NCBI GenBank assembly: GCA_951406725.2
Contig: OX597836.1
Coordinates: 16,740,001-16,804,000, forward strand
DNA: 64,000 nucleotides
Direction of reading: 5' to 3'
Origin: Octopus vulgaris
Taxonomy: Eukaryota
The notes below the pieces were generated by a model. It was not told the origin of the DNA. It searched no databases and saw nothing but the letters and a program-made list of their open reading frames with translations. Of the stretch, positions 1 to 13,730 are shown in pieces (positions within the stretch are counted from its first letter, which is position 1; each line of letters starts with the position of its first letter). Both the position numbers and the translations under genes were made by a program.

Positions 1-2
1 TA

Positions 3-38
<36 letters not shown>

Positions 39-39
<1 letters not shown>

Positions 40-500
40 GGCAGTGAGCAGACAGATTTGTTAGCATGTTAGCATGCCAGAAAAAAATGCTTGGTGGGAT
101 TTTGTCCGTCTTTAAGTTCTGAATTCAAATTCTGCCGAGGTTGACTTTGCCTTTCATCCTTTTAGGTCAATAAAATAAGTGCCAGTCAAGCACTGGGGTT
201 GATGTAATCGACTTATCCCCTCCCCTGAACTTTCTGGCCTTGTGTCAAAATTTGAAATCATCATTATCATTATTATTTTTTTCTAATTAGGGCAATGAAC
301 AGGCAGAATCATTAGCATGGTGGGCAAAACGCTTAGCGGCATTTCGTCCATCTCTACATTCTAAGTTCAAATTCCGCTGAGGTCAGCTTTGCTTTCATAC
401 TTTCAAGATTGATAAAATACATACCAGTTAAATACTGGGGTTCATGCAATCAATTTACCCACTTCCCCAAAATTGCTGGCCTTGCGCAAAAATTTGAAAC
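39..500 (+). mobile_element. Two decayed family-A tRNA-derived SINEs
   Basis: A-box-like ggcagaatcattag, B-box gttcaaattc, core gactttgcctttcatcc...ataagt, and (ATT)n tails. Confidence 0.8.
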
Positions 501-899
501 CATTATTATCATTATCATTTTATTATTTATTATTTCATTTTTTAGGTCCTGAATCTTTGATGTTCAAAACCAAAATCTGATTACCATAAAAGGGCATAAT
601 AATAACAACAACAACAACAACAACAACAATAATAATAAAAACGAAACATTCTCACTTAAAACAATGAAGCACCTGACTTTGTACTTTGTTCACTCCTTTT
701 TATTTTTATTTTTTTTATGGAGGGGGTTATTGTTTTTGTCTTGTGCTTTTTTGTTTGTCTTGTTTTCTGGCATCACGTGTTCTACCTGGATATTAATGTT
801 ACCTTGATATTAAATGACACTGATTACCCCCAGTAAATAAATAAATAAATAAATAAATATATCAAATATGCTGAAACGTTTATATGCAATTTGAGTGCA

Positions 900-1425
900 A
901 GCATGGCTGTGTGGTATGAAGTTTGATTTCCAATCACATGGTCCTGGGTTCAATGCCACTTTGGGCAACTGACTTCTATTATAACCCTAGGTCTACCAAA
1001 TCTACCTTGTGAGTAGATTTGGTAGACGGAAACTGGAGAAAGTTCATTGCATGTATACTCTTTACTCTTTTACTTGTTTCAGTCATTTGACTGCAGCCAT
1101 GCTGGAGCACTGCCTTTAGTCGAGCAAATCGACCCCAGGACTTATTCTTTGTAAGCCCAGTACTTATTCTATTGGTCTCTTTTGCCGAACTGCTAAGTTA
1201 CGGGGACGTAAACACACCAGCATCGGTTGTCAAGCAATGCTAGGGAGACAAACACAGACACCCAAACACATACATACACATATATATATATATATATATA
1301 TGTACATATATACGACAGGCTTCTTTCAGTTTCCGTCTACCAAATCCACTCACAAGGCATTGGTCGGCCCGGGACTATAGCAGAAGACACTTGCCCATGA
1401 TGCCATGCAGTGGGACTGAACCCAT
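900..1425. mobile_element. Family-B SINE fragments in opposite orientations
   Basis: + head at 900-1050 and a - copy at ~1060-1425, both matching the full copy at 19086-19507. Confidence 0.8.
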
Positions 1426-1476
1426 ATATTTATGTCTATCTGTATATTTTTGTGTTTGTGTTGTGGTTATCCAGTG

Positions 1477-1790
1477 AAGGTGTGTGGCTTAGTGGTTAGG
1501 GTATTTGGCTTACAGTTGTAAGGTCGTGAGTTCAATCCCCAGTGGTGCATTGTGTTCTTGAGCAAGATACTTTATTTCATGTTGCTCCAGTGCACTGAGC
1601 TGGCAAACATGAGTTGTAACTGTACTTCAAAAGGTCAGCTTTGTCACATTCTGTTTTATAATGAATCTCCCTGAGAACTACATTAAGGGCATATGTGTCT
1701 GTGGAGTGCTCAGCCACTTGCATGTTATGTTCATGAGCAGGTTGGATCAACTGGAACCCTGGTCCTCATAAGCAACAGAGTGCCAATTGC
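1477..1790 (+). mobile_element. Family-D SINE (decayed)
   Basis: Collinear with 30342-30662. Confidence 0.8.
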
Positions 1791-2027
1791 GTTTGTCCCC
1801 CAGCATTGTGACAATCGGTGTTGCTTTATTTATGCCCTCAAGTCGGCACAGTCGTTAGCAGCATTTTGTTTGTCACAACATTCTGAGTTCAAATTCTGTC
1901 GAGGTCAACTTTGCCTTTCATCCTTTTGGGGTCGATAAATTAAGTACCTGTGAAACACTGGAGACGATGTAAAAAAAACTAGTCCCCTACCCAAAAGTTT
2001 CAAGGCCTTTTGCCTTCAGTAGAAAGG

Positions 2028-2060
2028 ATTATTATTATTATTAGCAGCAGCAGCAGTAGC

Positions 2061-2110
<50 letters not shown>

Positions 2111-2674
2111 CAGTAGCAGCAGCAGCAAGCTGGCAGACTCATTAGCACCCCAGGCAAAATGATTAGTGATATTTTGCCCACTGCTACGTTCTGAGTTCAA
2201 ATTCCACTGAGGTCAACTTTGCCTTTCATCCTTTTGGGGTGGATGAAATACGTACTAGTTGAACACAGGGGGTCGATGTAATCAACTTACCCCGCCTCCC
2301 CCAGAATTACTGGCCTTATGCTTATAAGAGAAATGATTATTCTTGTTGATGTTATTGTTGTTGTTGTTGTTATTGTTGTTATTACTATTGTTTATTTGCT
2401 GTATCCTTATCTGGAATCAAATAAAAAGGGAAAAATATTTTTTAGCAATTTTAAATCACTTTATCTCTCTTATCATCACCACTGCCACCACCACCATGAC
2501 CACCACTACAGCAGCCTCCATCATTACTACGACCGCCCCACCACAACCATCATCATCATCATCATCACCACTGCTGTCATCACTATACCACCACTGCCAC
2601 CCCACTACTATTAACATCATCAGTACTGTCTCCATTATAATCACCACCATCATCTCAATCATCATCATCACATA

Positions 2675-2730
<56 letters not shown>
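2028..2730. repeat. Microsatellite cluster (ATT, AGT/AGC, GTT, CAC/CAT, TG, TA) with an embedded family-A SINE at ~2125-2330
   Basis: Simple repeats visible directly. Confidence 0.9.
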
Positions 2731-2733
<3 letters not shown>

Positions 2734-2905
2734 CACCCACTACACTCGCGGAGTGGTTGGTGTTAGGAAGGGCATCCAGCCGTAGAAACACTGCCAGATC
2801 TGACTGGGCCTGATGAAGCCTTCCGACTTCACAGACCCCAGTTGAACCATCCAACCCATGCTAGCGTGGAAAACGGACGCTAAATGATGATGATGATGAT
2901 GATGA

Positions 2906-2968
<63 letters not shown>

Positions 2969-3417
2969 CATACATACATATATATGTATATACAAGCTGG
3001 TGTACCCAGTAATTCCCGGGGGTAAGATGTTCTATTGAAACACCTTATTACTCTGATATAAGGAAGCAATTTGCGTGCAGTAGCTAACGAATCAACATGG
3101 CGATCTGATTTCGGCCAGAGGTCAAAGATCAAACATGAGACGCGAGAGCGAAATAAGGGGAGATAATAGGGTTGATAATAGGGTTGATAATAGGGTTGAA
3201 GGACCAGCTAATAGTGCGTAGGAGGGGTCTGGACGTGTGTATGTATAGGGTTGGTGTATGTATTAGTATGTATAAGGGTGTGTGTGTGTGTGTGTGTGTG
3301 TATGAGAGAGTATTAGTGCGTAGGATTGGTCTGGACGTGCGTATGTATGGGGTTGGTGTATGTATTAGTATGTATTAGTATGTATTAGTACGTATTACAT
3401 ACATATATATGTATATA

Positions 3418-4794
3418 CTAGCTGGTGTACCCAGTAATTCCCGGGGTAAAGATGTTCTATTGAAACACCTTATTACTCTAATATAAGAAAGCAATTTCAT
3501 TATAACTACTACAAAAGGTGTATTTTCCATCACGGAAAAGTACAAAAAACTGTCAGCTGGAGGAGGGCGAGATTGTTGGAGGTTGGTGAGAGATGTTGCC
3601 ACATCATCGGCAAAAAGATTCTTGGAGGTTGGTGAAAGAGGTTATATAAATATATGAATGAAGTGTTTGAAGAAAGTGCAATAATAACATTCACACTCAA
3701 TGATGGTCACTCTCAGTAACTGCCTTTAGCTTACAGAGTTCTTGTTTTTATAACTATTGAAAAACAGCCAGAAAGATAGGCATAATGTTGAGAACAAATG
3801 ATTTGGTTGGAGGTCTGTTATCTCCATTCCAGTCAGTGGTGGCCTAGGAGAGGTTAAAAGGGTCAAGAGGCAAAGACATTATTCTGCTTAGCGAAGGCAT
3901 CTGGGAAATGTATAACGGCTGTCATTCACAGAAAAACTATTGTTATACCGTGAGAAAAGCGCTGTTGAAGTGTTAAGTGAAATTTGGCAATCGAGGATCG
4001 AATCCACACTATGCCTACATGAAGTCACTACAAATACGTTGTGGAATAAAAAAATTTATCTACTTTCATGGAAAATGTGTTAACTGTAAAAATGCAGAAT
4101 TATTGGAGTAATGGGTATTCAAAAAAGTATGTATGTATAGAAATGTATGAATGAAGTCTTTAAGGTTGAAGATTCAAATTAAGGAAGTGCAATAATAATG
4201 TTTAGCAGTTCAAAACTCTACGTAGCAAAATGCAGAATTAGGTCGGCTGATCGGGAAATCAAATATTGATCGCTTCACTAAAAACTGCAGGTGGTATGTG
4301 TTATTTCCCTTGGGTTGTTTAAATAAAATATTAGTAATATGGAATAGATAGAAGGCTCCATTGGAGGGGACCTATTATCAATTTTTTGAACAATCTGAGT
4401 ATGTCACGAGGTTTCTAGACATGAGTTTTACTCACGTGTCAAATAAAGTGATATTGTCTGCAAAAATTAGAAATTGGACACACAAAAAAATCAATATTCA
4501 AAGTAATCGAACATAAACAATAAAATGTGTTATTTCCCTTGAGTGTTTAAAAAATATTGTGCAGGTGCTATGGGTTATTTCCCTTGGGTGTTTAAAAAAA
4601 CTTAGTTATATGAGGTAGATATAAAGGTCCTTTCCAGGGGCTGCATTATCGATTTTATCAACAATCTAAGTATGTCACGAGGTTTCCAGATATGAGTTCT
4701 ACTCACGTGTCAAGTTTGATCAAAATCAATAAAACGACGTAGGAGGAGTTAGCTAACAAACAAACACACACCAATTTTCCACATATATAGTAGA
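3418..4794 (-). mobile_element. Non-autonomous Helitron-like element, with a second copy of its 3' end at ~2993-3075
   Basis: On the - strand it starts TC (4794) after an A and ends CTAG (3418) before a T. It has a subterminal hairpin cccgg-gaatta-ctggg, no TSD, and an internal duplication (~4286-4440 vs ~4560-4712). Confidence 0.7.
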
Positions 4795-4978
4795 TACACA
4801 CGCACACGCACATACATATATACATATATATATATGTATGTATGTATATGTATATAAATATACATACATATATATATATGTATATAACTCACTGGAACCT
4901 GAATCATTGTCTTCATACTAGTGGTGCTCCAGCATGGCTACAGCCTTTGAACTGAAATATATAAAAGAATATATATAT

Positions 4979-5015
<37 letters not shown>

Positions 5016-5680
5016 CATGTAGATCTTTGGCTGGGCAAAAAGTCACATTCGATCACAGCACCAGTAACAGTTAAGCTTCGTGCAATATACTATAAAGAGG
5101 GGCAGCCATCATACATACATACACAACAAGCTTCTTTCAGTTTCTGTCTACCAAATCAAGTCAAAAGTCTGGGGTCAGCCCAGGGACATAGCAGAAGACA
5201 CATGCCTAAGATGCCATTTAGTGGGGCTGAACCTGGGACCATGTGGTTCAGAAGTAAACTTCTTGCCACACAGCCATATCTCTAAAGGATTTTATGTTTA
5301 TGTATGATGTCTAGTTTGACCAGTGTTGACGTTTGCAAAATATGTGTGCATGTGTGTGTGTACGTATCATGTGTGTGTGTACGTATCATGTGTGCATGTG
5401 TGTGTGTACGTGCATGTGATTGTGTACGTATCAGACGTTAACTCTACCAGTATAGTTACCCACTCTCAAGACTTACATTATAGCCCCACATAATTCACCA
5501 TACAAACATTTGTTGAGCACTTTTTGGTAAAAAATGAAAATATCTAGTTTAGATTATGAATAATGTAATCTGTAGTGAAAATGTGTAATTAAACGTTATA
5601 CACACATTGACACACGTACATACATGCATACATACACATACACATACCTGTACTAGCACGAATACAAACATACACACACG

Positions 5681-5740
<60 letters not shown>

Positions 5741-5765
5741 CAGATAGGTAGGTAGGTAGACAGAC

Positions 5766-5834
<69 letters not shown>
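5681..5834. repeat. (GATA)n microsatellite
   Basis: Direct. Confidence 0.98.
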
Positions 5835-5836
<2 letters not shown>

Positions 5837-6540
5837 GAGAGAGACAGGCAGAGAAAGCGAGAAAGAGAGAGGTTGAGAGAGAAGTTTACAGATAGATATA
5901 CAGATAGATAGACAGCAGAAATATAGCTGGGCAGATGATTAATATAACACGATTACAACGGTTACAATGTAATCGAAAGATTGTATGACTCAAGCCTTGG
6001 TTTATTGATTTAAGAACGTTGATAAAGTCACCAGATTTTTTCCAATGAAAACATCGTATTTATATACTTCATTTGTTTTCGTGGTAGCCACGTAACGCAT
6101 ACGGATCCACCATCAACGAAAACCTTTGCCTGTCCTATATATCCTTTCCTCATATTATACACAGGATATAAGAACATATTTCCCTGTTGTCTATGCATCA
6201 CATATGATACGTGTTCCCAGTAAAGTTTTTTTGTTGTTGTTTTTCAACCACCAGAATAATTTGGGACTTACGAAATAAGGGTTAACTAAAATTCTGAAAG
6301 CAAGCATGGATGTTTAGGACAAACTAAAGAAAATGCTTCGGACAAGCAGAAGAAGGTTTAAGGGAAGAGGTCAAATTTGGAGTGTTTGAAAGAGCTTGCA
6401 ATTACGTGGACGGTTTCCGAGCAGAGTTACGGCGAAACTGTCACAAAAAGCAAAAAGCAAATCTGATATGTATTTGAGAAATTTCATAAAATGTTTACAA
6501 ATATATGGCGCAGGTATGGCTGTAGGATTAAAAAGCTTGC

Positions 6541-7200
6541 GAGCTGGCAGAAACGTTAGCACGCCGGGCGAAATGCTTACGTTCTGAGTTCAAATTCCAC
6601 CGAGGTCGACTTTGCTTTTCATCCTTTCGGGGTCGATAAATTAAGTACCAGTTACGCACTGAGGTCGATGTAATCGACTTAATCCCTTTGTCCGTCCTTG
6701 TTTGTCCCCTCTATGTTTAGCCCCTTGTGGGCAATAAAGAAATAAGAAACGTTAGGACGCCGGGCGAAATGCTTACGTTCTGAGTTCAAATTCCGCCAAG
6801 GTCGACTTTGCCTTTCATCCTTTCGGGGTCGATAAATTAAGTACCAGTTATGCACTGGGGTCGATAAAATAAGTACCAGTTACGCACTGGAGTCGATGTA
6901 ATCGACTTAATCCCTTTGTCTATCCTTGTTTGTCCCCTCAATGTTTAGCCCCTTGTGGGCAATAAAGAAATAAGAAACGTTAGCACGCCGGGCGAAATGC
7001 TTACGTTCTGAGTTCAAATTCCGCCAAGGTCGACTTTGCCTTTCATCCTTTCGGGGTCGATAAATTAAGTACCAGTTATGCACTGGGGTCGATAAAATAA
7101 GTACCAGTTACGCACTGGAGTCGATGTAATCGACTTAATCCCTTTGTCTATCCTTGCTTGTCCTCTCTATGTTTAGCCCCTTGTGGGCAATAAAGAAATA
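6541..7200 (+). mobile_element. Tandem trimer of family-A SINE nested in a family-B SINE head
   Basis: Three near-identical units share the same internal deletion; aagcttgc is present on both sides. Confidence 0.88.
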
Positions 7201-8279
7201 AGAAGCTTGCTTCCCAACCATGAGGCTTCAGGTTCAGTCCCACTGGGCGCTGTGTATATGTGTGTGAGTGTATAAATTTATATACATGCTGATTTGTCTA
7301 CATCCCGATTTGGTATTCCAGCATGAACACAAACAAACCACGGGAGCATAGTAATAAGAGCCACAACTCAACATTTACAGTAAACAAAAACGACTCAAGA
7401 GTATTTCCTGAAGTATCAAAAAATATTCATCTCAGATTTTGTCACAAGGCCAGCAAGTTCAGAGAAAGTAAATTACGACGACCCCAGTGTTCAACTGGAA
7501 CTTTCTTTATCTTTCCCCAAAAGGATGAAAGACAAGGTCGACCTTAGCAGAATTTGAACTCAGAGCATAAAGACGGACGAAATGCCAGTAAGCATATTGC
7601 TCAGCGTGCTAACATTTCTGCTAGCTCGCCGCCTTAATATAATAAATTTTTGGATAACAGGCTTTTATTTAATATTCTGTATAAAAATAGTGTCTCAAAA
7701 AGGTTAATGACAAAAAAAAAAGTGGCAACAGGGTGGACTCCCCTGGCGTACGATGTTACTCGAACGGGATCTTTTCCTTTTGAACGGCAGTTTTCAACAT
7801 AATTTCTAGTTAACTAAACACTTTTAAACTTCGTATACTGGTAGAATGTGTTTATAAAACATCATTTTTTCTTGGCTTTATTGAGAAAATTCTATATGTT
7901 GCAACATATTTCGACTTTAATTTCGAGCATTTCGACGTTACCAGGTGGCTAAACAATAGTAACATTCGTCCTATCCAGGACTGCCACATTATGTTGGCAA
8001 ATAGTCTTTACTTTAAAGTACTGTTACTGAATATCTTTGAGAGATTCAGAAATAGTAATGTTTCTATCTAAATATTATAATTGCCATTGAAAAAAAAAAG
8101 AAAAAGAATATATTTGATTCATGTGATTTATGCAGTCTTAGATATACTGTTTGACATTTCAAAGAATAACAAAAATACAACAGATGGTCACTATTGGAAC
8201 GTTTTTAATCGTTGGTCAGTTTGATCTTTGTTGATCTAAGGGCTAGACAGCAACAATAGCACCAGCAAAACACATGTCC

Positions 8280-8697
8280 ATATCCGGCATACCTACACAA
8301 GTGCGCCTTTCACTCGAATTTGTTTCCTTATAACTTCTTGGAAAATGGATATTTTTCAATGAAATTTTCTACAAATATTTTTCAGTTCGTGTATATTCCG
8401 AGTATATCCAAATAATTTTGTGAAGAAGAAAAAAAGGAAAAAGAAAAAGACTGGTGTGCGCAGCAATTTCTTTCAAATTTACTCGTTTCATTTTATAGAT
8501 AAATATGTGTGTCAGTTTGTATGTCTTCGCTCCTATCGTTTTCTTTTTAAATTAAATTTCGATAAAATCGTAATTCTACAACCATCTGAAGGATATTCGT
8601 AGAAAATTATATTAAAAATATCGATTTTTCTTCAAGTTGTGAGGGAACAAAGACGGGTTGGGGAAGGAGGGGCACTTGTGTAGATATACCTCATATT
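8280..8697. mobile_element. Old MITE with degenerate terminal inverted repeats
   Basis: atatccggcatacctacacaagtgcgcc ... gggcacttgtgtagatatacctcatat. A related sequence lies at ~11430-11640. Confidence 0.55.
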
Positions 8698-9619
8698 CAT
8701 AGTATTATTATGTATGTGGGAACCCGTCCTATTGAATAGATAATGGGTCAGCTGAATCTAGAATAACCTTGGGCTAAACAAACGCCTTGGAAATGTTCTG
8801 ACCAGATCCATACTCCCTTCTCTCTCTCTCTTAGTAGTTACGGAACGAAATCAAAGGCTTAATCTCTATATATATACGCAACATTATCTTTTTCTCTTGA
8901 TGCGGCTCTTTGAACAAATGTCTTCCAGCCATTAAACCTCGGATTGACCAATATCTTTACGTTAACGGTTTCGGTGAGAGAGACCAGGCTTTAAAATAAA
9001 TACTGGGTTCGATTAATTTGACTAAACCCTTCAAGGTAATGCCCAGGCATACTACCCACCCATCAATCTGAGGCCTTGTATCTATATATATATATAATTG
9101 AAATTACAATAATATAATGGAGCTGGAAGAATCGTTAGCACGCCAGGCGAAATGCTTAGCGGTATTTCGTCTGCCGCTACATTCTGAGTTTAAATTCCGC
9201 CGAGGTCGACTTTGCCTTTCATCCTTTCGGCGTCGATTAAATAAGTGCCAGTTACGCATTGGGGTCAATATAATCGACTTAATCCGTTTGTCTGTCCTTG
9301 TTTGTCCTCTCTGTGTTTAGCCCCTTGTGGGTAGTAAAGAAATGGGTATTTCGTCCATCCTCACGTTCTGAGTTCGACTTTACTTTTCATCCTGTTACTT
9401 TTCAAACTGGTACTATCAGGGTCAATAGTACCAGTTGAGCACTGGGGTCGATATAATCAACGTACTCACTCCCCCGAAATTGCTGCCCTTGTGTCAAAAA
9501 TTGAAACCAATATACTTTATATCGTCTTCAGCTCACCCAGTGCCATAATAAAACCAAAACATCAAAGTTGAAACAGATGTTCAATTCAAATTATATATGT
9601 ATGTGTGTATATAAATCTA

Positions 9620-10041
9620 GGATCTTTTCGGTTTGAACGGCAGTTTTTTCTTGCGGTGTCATATGAAATTGTCACCCATAATTATGACCCTAGTATCGAT
9701 CTATTGCACTTCAATCTGGGTTAGGGTTAGTTAGGGGTGGGGGGAAGGGTATCTTTTTTTCTTCACAAATGTAAATAAACCCGATCTGTTTCTTAAACGG
9801 GGGACATATTCATACGACACAGAATGTTTTCACCTCAATAGACGTCATTGATTGGTTGAAATTGCAGAAATTGAAGAAAAAAAAACAACAAATATCTTAC
9901 AAACTATAGCAATTTTCTCAATAAAGCCAAGAGAAAAAGATGTTTTATAAACACATTCTGCCAGTATGCGTACGAAGTTTTTAAGTGTTTAGTTACGTGG
10001 AAATTATTTTTTAAAAACTGCCGTTCAAACCGAAAAGATCC
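9620..10041. mobile_element. ~420-bp MITE (GGATC-TIR family) with an internal TTAGGG-like tract
   Basis: TIR GGATCTTTTCGGTTTGAACGGCAGTTTTT / AAAAACTGCCGTTCAAACCGAAAAGATCC. Confidence 0.92.
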
Positions 10042-11002
10042 TGTATTCTAACTATCCATATTAAACTGAAGTACAAAGTATACAAGAACAACAGCAGGCA
10101 TATAAATAGTGTTATCATGAAAGACCTGTCATCGGCAGACACACCACTTTCTTTACTTAAATTTAACAAATGTCACGGTGGACCTCTAAATTTTTGTATG
10201 GGACACCGCTCAGTCAAACGACCCACCTTGTGTGTTGTCACTACGTTCACAAGCACATTTCACTTTTGGTGCACTTTAGAACGAATTAAAAATACTGCGG
10301 CGCCCTTTGACATTAGTCAAAGAAATATATAATTAAAAAATGGTATTTATATATTTTGGCCTATAATATAATGAACTTAAACCATAGAAAGTTATTTTGA
10401 ATATTTGCTGCACTTTAAAAAATGAATCGTAGTAATTAGAACTTGAACATCTAGAATTTTCTGTTTGGAAATTATTCATAATTTTTTTTTCTAAAAAGAT
10501 GCCTTCTGGTATTAAGCTATGGTTCAATACATTACGAGTTCAAATCTTGTAAAGGCCAACTTTGCCTTTAATCTTTCCCGGGTCGATAAAATAAAGTACC
10601 AGTGAAATACTGAGATCGATATAATCAGCTGTTGTCCCTATCTCAGCAGGGCCGCCTCAACAACACTATAGGTCCCCAAGCACAGCAATGTGTTGGAGCC
10701 CCAACAAACACAACTATTGCATACATAAATTTGCATTGGGTCCCCAGGCCCGTGGCACCTCCGGGCAAGTGCCCAGTATGTGTGAGAATTTATAATCTTT
10801 TATTAATGCATCTAGCTGTGTCTCCTGGCGTGAAGGTGCATGGCCTAGTTGTTAGTATCTTGCGATAGTGGTTTCAATTCCAGGACCGGGCGGAGTGTTG
10901 TGTTCTTAAGCGCTTAATTTCACATTGCTCCAATTCATTCAAGTGTAAATTTGTAAGATGATGTCGGCCATTACATATCACATGAAAGATGGGAAAATTT
11001 GG

Positions 11003-11421
11003 GGATCTTTTCGGTTTGAACGGCAGTTTTTTCTAGTGGTGTCATATGAAATTGTCACCCATAATTATGACCCTAGTATCGATCTATTGCATTTCAATGT
11101 TTTAGGGTTAGGGGTGGGGGGAAGGGTATATTTTTTTTTCTTCACAAATGTAAATAAACCCAATCTGTTTTTTAAACGAGGGACATATTCATACGGCACA
11201 GAATGTTTTTTTTTTACCTTAATAGACGTAATTGATTGGTTGAAATTGCAGAAATTGAAGAAGAAAAAAATCAACAAATATTTTACAATCCATAGAATTT
11301 TCTCAATAAAGCCAAGAGAAAAAGATGTTTTATAAACACATTCTACCAGTATACGAAGTTTTAAAGTGTTTAGTTACGTGGAAATTATTTTTAAAAACTG
11401 CCGTTCAAACCGAAAAGATCC
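11003..11421. mobile_element. GGATC-TIR MITE copy
   Basis: Same TIRs and interior as 9620-10041. Confidence 0.92.
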
Positions 11422-12134
11422 TCAAGATATCTACAAAATACAACTTAAAATTTTGAAAAAAATTGTCATGTGTGCGCGCCCACCAACTATTTTTTATTTA
11501 TTAAATTCCGATAGAGTCGCTCTCTGTACCGTCTGAAAGGCATTTGTAGAAAATTTCATCATAAAATATCTATTTTTTGAAAGCTATGAGAAAATTCGTA
11601 GTGGAACGTGGCACACAAGTTTAATTATGCCGGAAATTGTAGATGTATTATTTTATTTCGGCTATGCGAGAATTTTGTTTCATTTTCTATAATCACTAAA
11701 GCTAGGTGTGTAACTCTTTGTCTATCTATATACATATATACACACACACAAAATATCTAGATATTCCGATCTATAAATAACGTTACACACGCTCGCGTGA
11801 TAATAGTTTCGTTTTGATATGTATATAAAGACGTTGCAAAATAAGTCATATTTTCTCTGAAGAAAAGAAATAAAGAAATAATAGCTTATCTTATCTATAA
11901 GAAAGTTAATACCCTTCTAGTTTTCTTTATCTCTAGAAGCATGCTAATTCTTTTTACTTTATTTCTTTTTTCTTATCAAGCTTTTCTGACGAATAAGTAT
12001 AAAAATCTTTCGTCATCTTATAAAATCCTTTGTAAAATCTGTCAAGCCTTACATCATGCAATATATTTGAAAGACAGGCGCAAACTCGAGTGACGTATAA
12101 ACCAAGCCCTTCAATGAACATGAGGACGGAAATC

Positions 12135-12542
12135 GGATATTTTCGGTTTGACCGGCAGTTTTTTAAAATAATTTCCACGTAACTAAACACTTTTAAACTT
12201 CGTATACTGGTAGAATGTGTTTATAAAACATCTTTTTCTCTTGGCTTTATTGAGAAAATTCTATAGTTTGTAAGATATTTGTTTTTTTTCTTCAATTTCT
12301 GCAATTTCAACCAATCAATGACGTCTATTGAGGTAAAAAAAAAACATTCTGTGCCGTATGAATATGTCCCTCGTTTAAGAAACAGATTGGGTTTATTTAC
12401 ATTTCTGAACCAAAAAAGATACCCTTCCCCCCACCCCTAAAACAGATTGAAATGCAATAGATCGATACTTGGGTCATAATTATGGGTGACAATTTCATAT
12501 GACACCGCTAGAAAAAACTGCCGTTCAAACCGAAAAAGAACT
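12135..12542. mobile_element. GGATC-TIR MITE copy, inverted orientation
   Basis: Interior is the reverse complement of 11003-11421; ggaaatc occurs on both flanks. Confidence 0.9.
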
Positions 12543-13389
12543 TGGAAATCCCTCAATATCATAATCAGGGTGGGTTAAGTAGTGCATGAATGGGTGGAGC
12601 AAAATAAACTTTTCTTTGATATCCGCATTGAATTAATTGTAGTAACTGAAGTTCCTCTTAGGCTATAAATAACCTAGAAATCCCGGACTTGATAATCTAG
12701 AAGAGAAGTTTCTTTTTATAAAATACACGGTACAAGTGGCCAGTGAAGCTTGTGGTGTGCGACCAACTGAAACACTGGGTACTGCATTGATTTTTTTTCC
12801 TCGTTTTTCTTTTGTTAAATATGTTGCTATTCATATTTTGAATGAAATATAAAATATAAAAAGTGCAAGTCCGATTTCCCCTACAACACGTAGTTATTTC
12901 TCAAAACTTAACAATTGGTGTCGGTTACTGGAATACCCACCTCCCATTATAGAATATGAGAAACTGAAAGGAAAAATGCATTATTCTTGAAATTCATTTA
13001 TGAAAAAGCGGGGGGAAAAAAACTGTCGAAAATTCTATTGTAATTTTTGTGAAATTCATTTATGAAAAAAGGAAAAATTGTTTAGAAAATTTTATTGTAA
13101 TTTTTGTGAAATTCATTTATGAAAAAAGGAAAAAAAAAACTGTCGAAATGTAACCACTCGACTTCGGAGGTCGAGTGGGCATTGCGCATCATTATTATAT
13201 CTTTTCATATTTCATTCGATTTCTTTAATTTTTTCGTCTTTATTCATCCTCTTTTTGTATTTTAAGTTCCCCGAGTTTATATTTGTATTGTCCCATCTAT
13301 GTACAGTCCCTTGTGGATAATAAAACATCAATTTCTCAAAACTTAATGAAATTTATGATATATTATTGTGGTTTTTTGTAAGAATAGAG

Positions 13390-13730
13390 TCAGGGTTGCA
13401 TTTAGTGTTAGTTTGGATTTAGGATTAGGGTTGCGTATAAAGCCCGAGGTTAAGGGTTAATGTCTAGAATTAAGGTTTGATGGTTGGGTTTAAGGTCAGG
13501 GTTGAAGGTTAGGGATTAAGTTAGTGCTCAGGATTAAGAGTTAGGGTTACGGTTTGGTAGTTGGGTTTAAGGTTACGCTTTAGAAGTTAGGGTTGGAGGT
13601 TAGGGATTAGGTTAGTGCTCAGGATTAAGAGTTAGGGTTACGGTTTGGTAGTTGGGTTTAAGGTTACGATTTAGAAGTTAGGGTTGAAGGTTAGGGTAAT
13701 GCTCAGATTTAAGAAATAGGGTTAGTGGTT
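13390..13730. repeat. Degenerate TTAGGG-like array with a ~90-bp tandem duplication
   Basis: Many ttaggg/ttaagg variants; ~13500-13589 is repeated at ~13590-13679. Confidence 0.8.

Noticed and set aside
10958-11335. 125-aa ORF
   Set aside because: Lies almost entirely within a MITE, and the frame is not preserved in the other copies.
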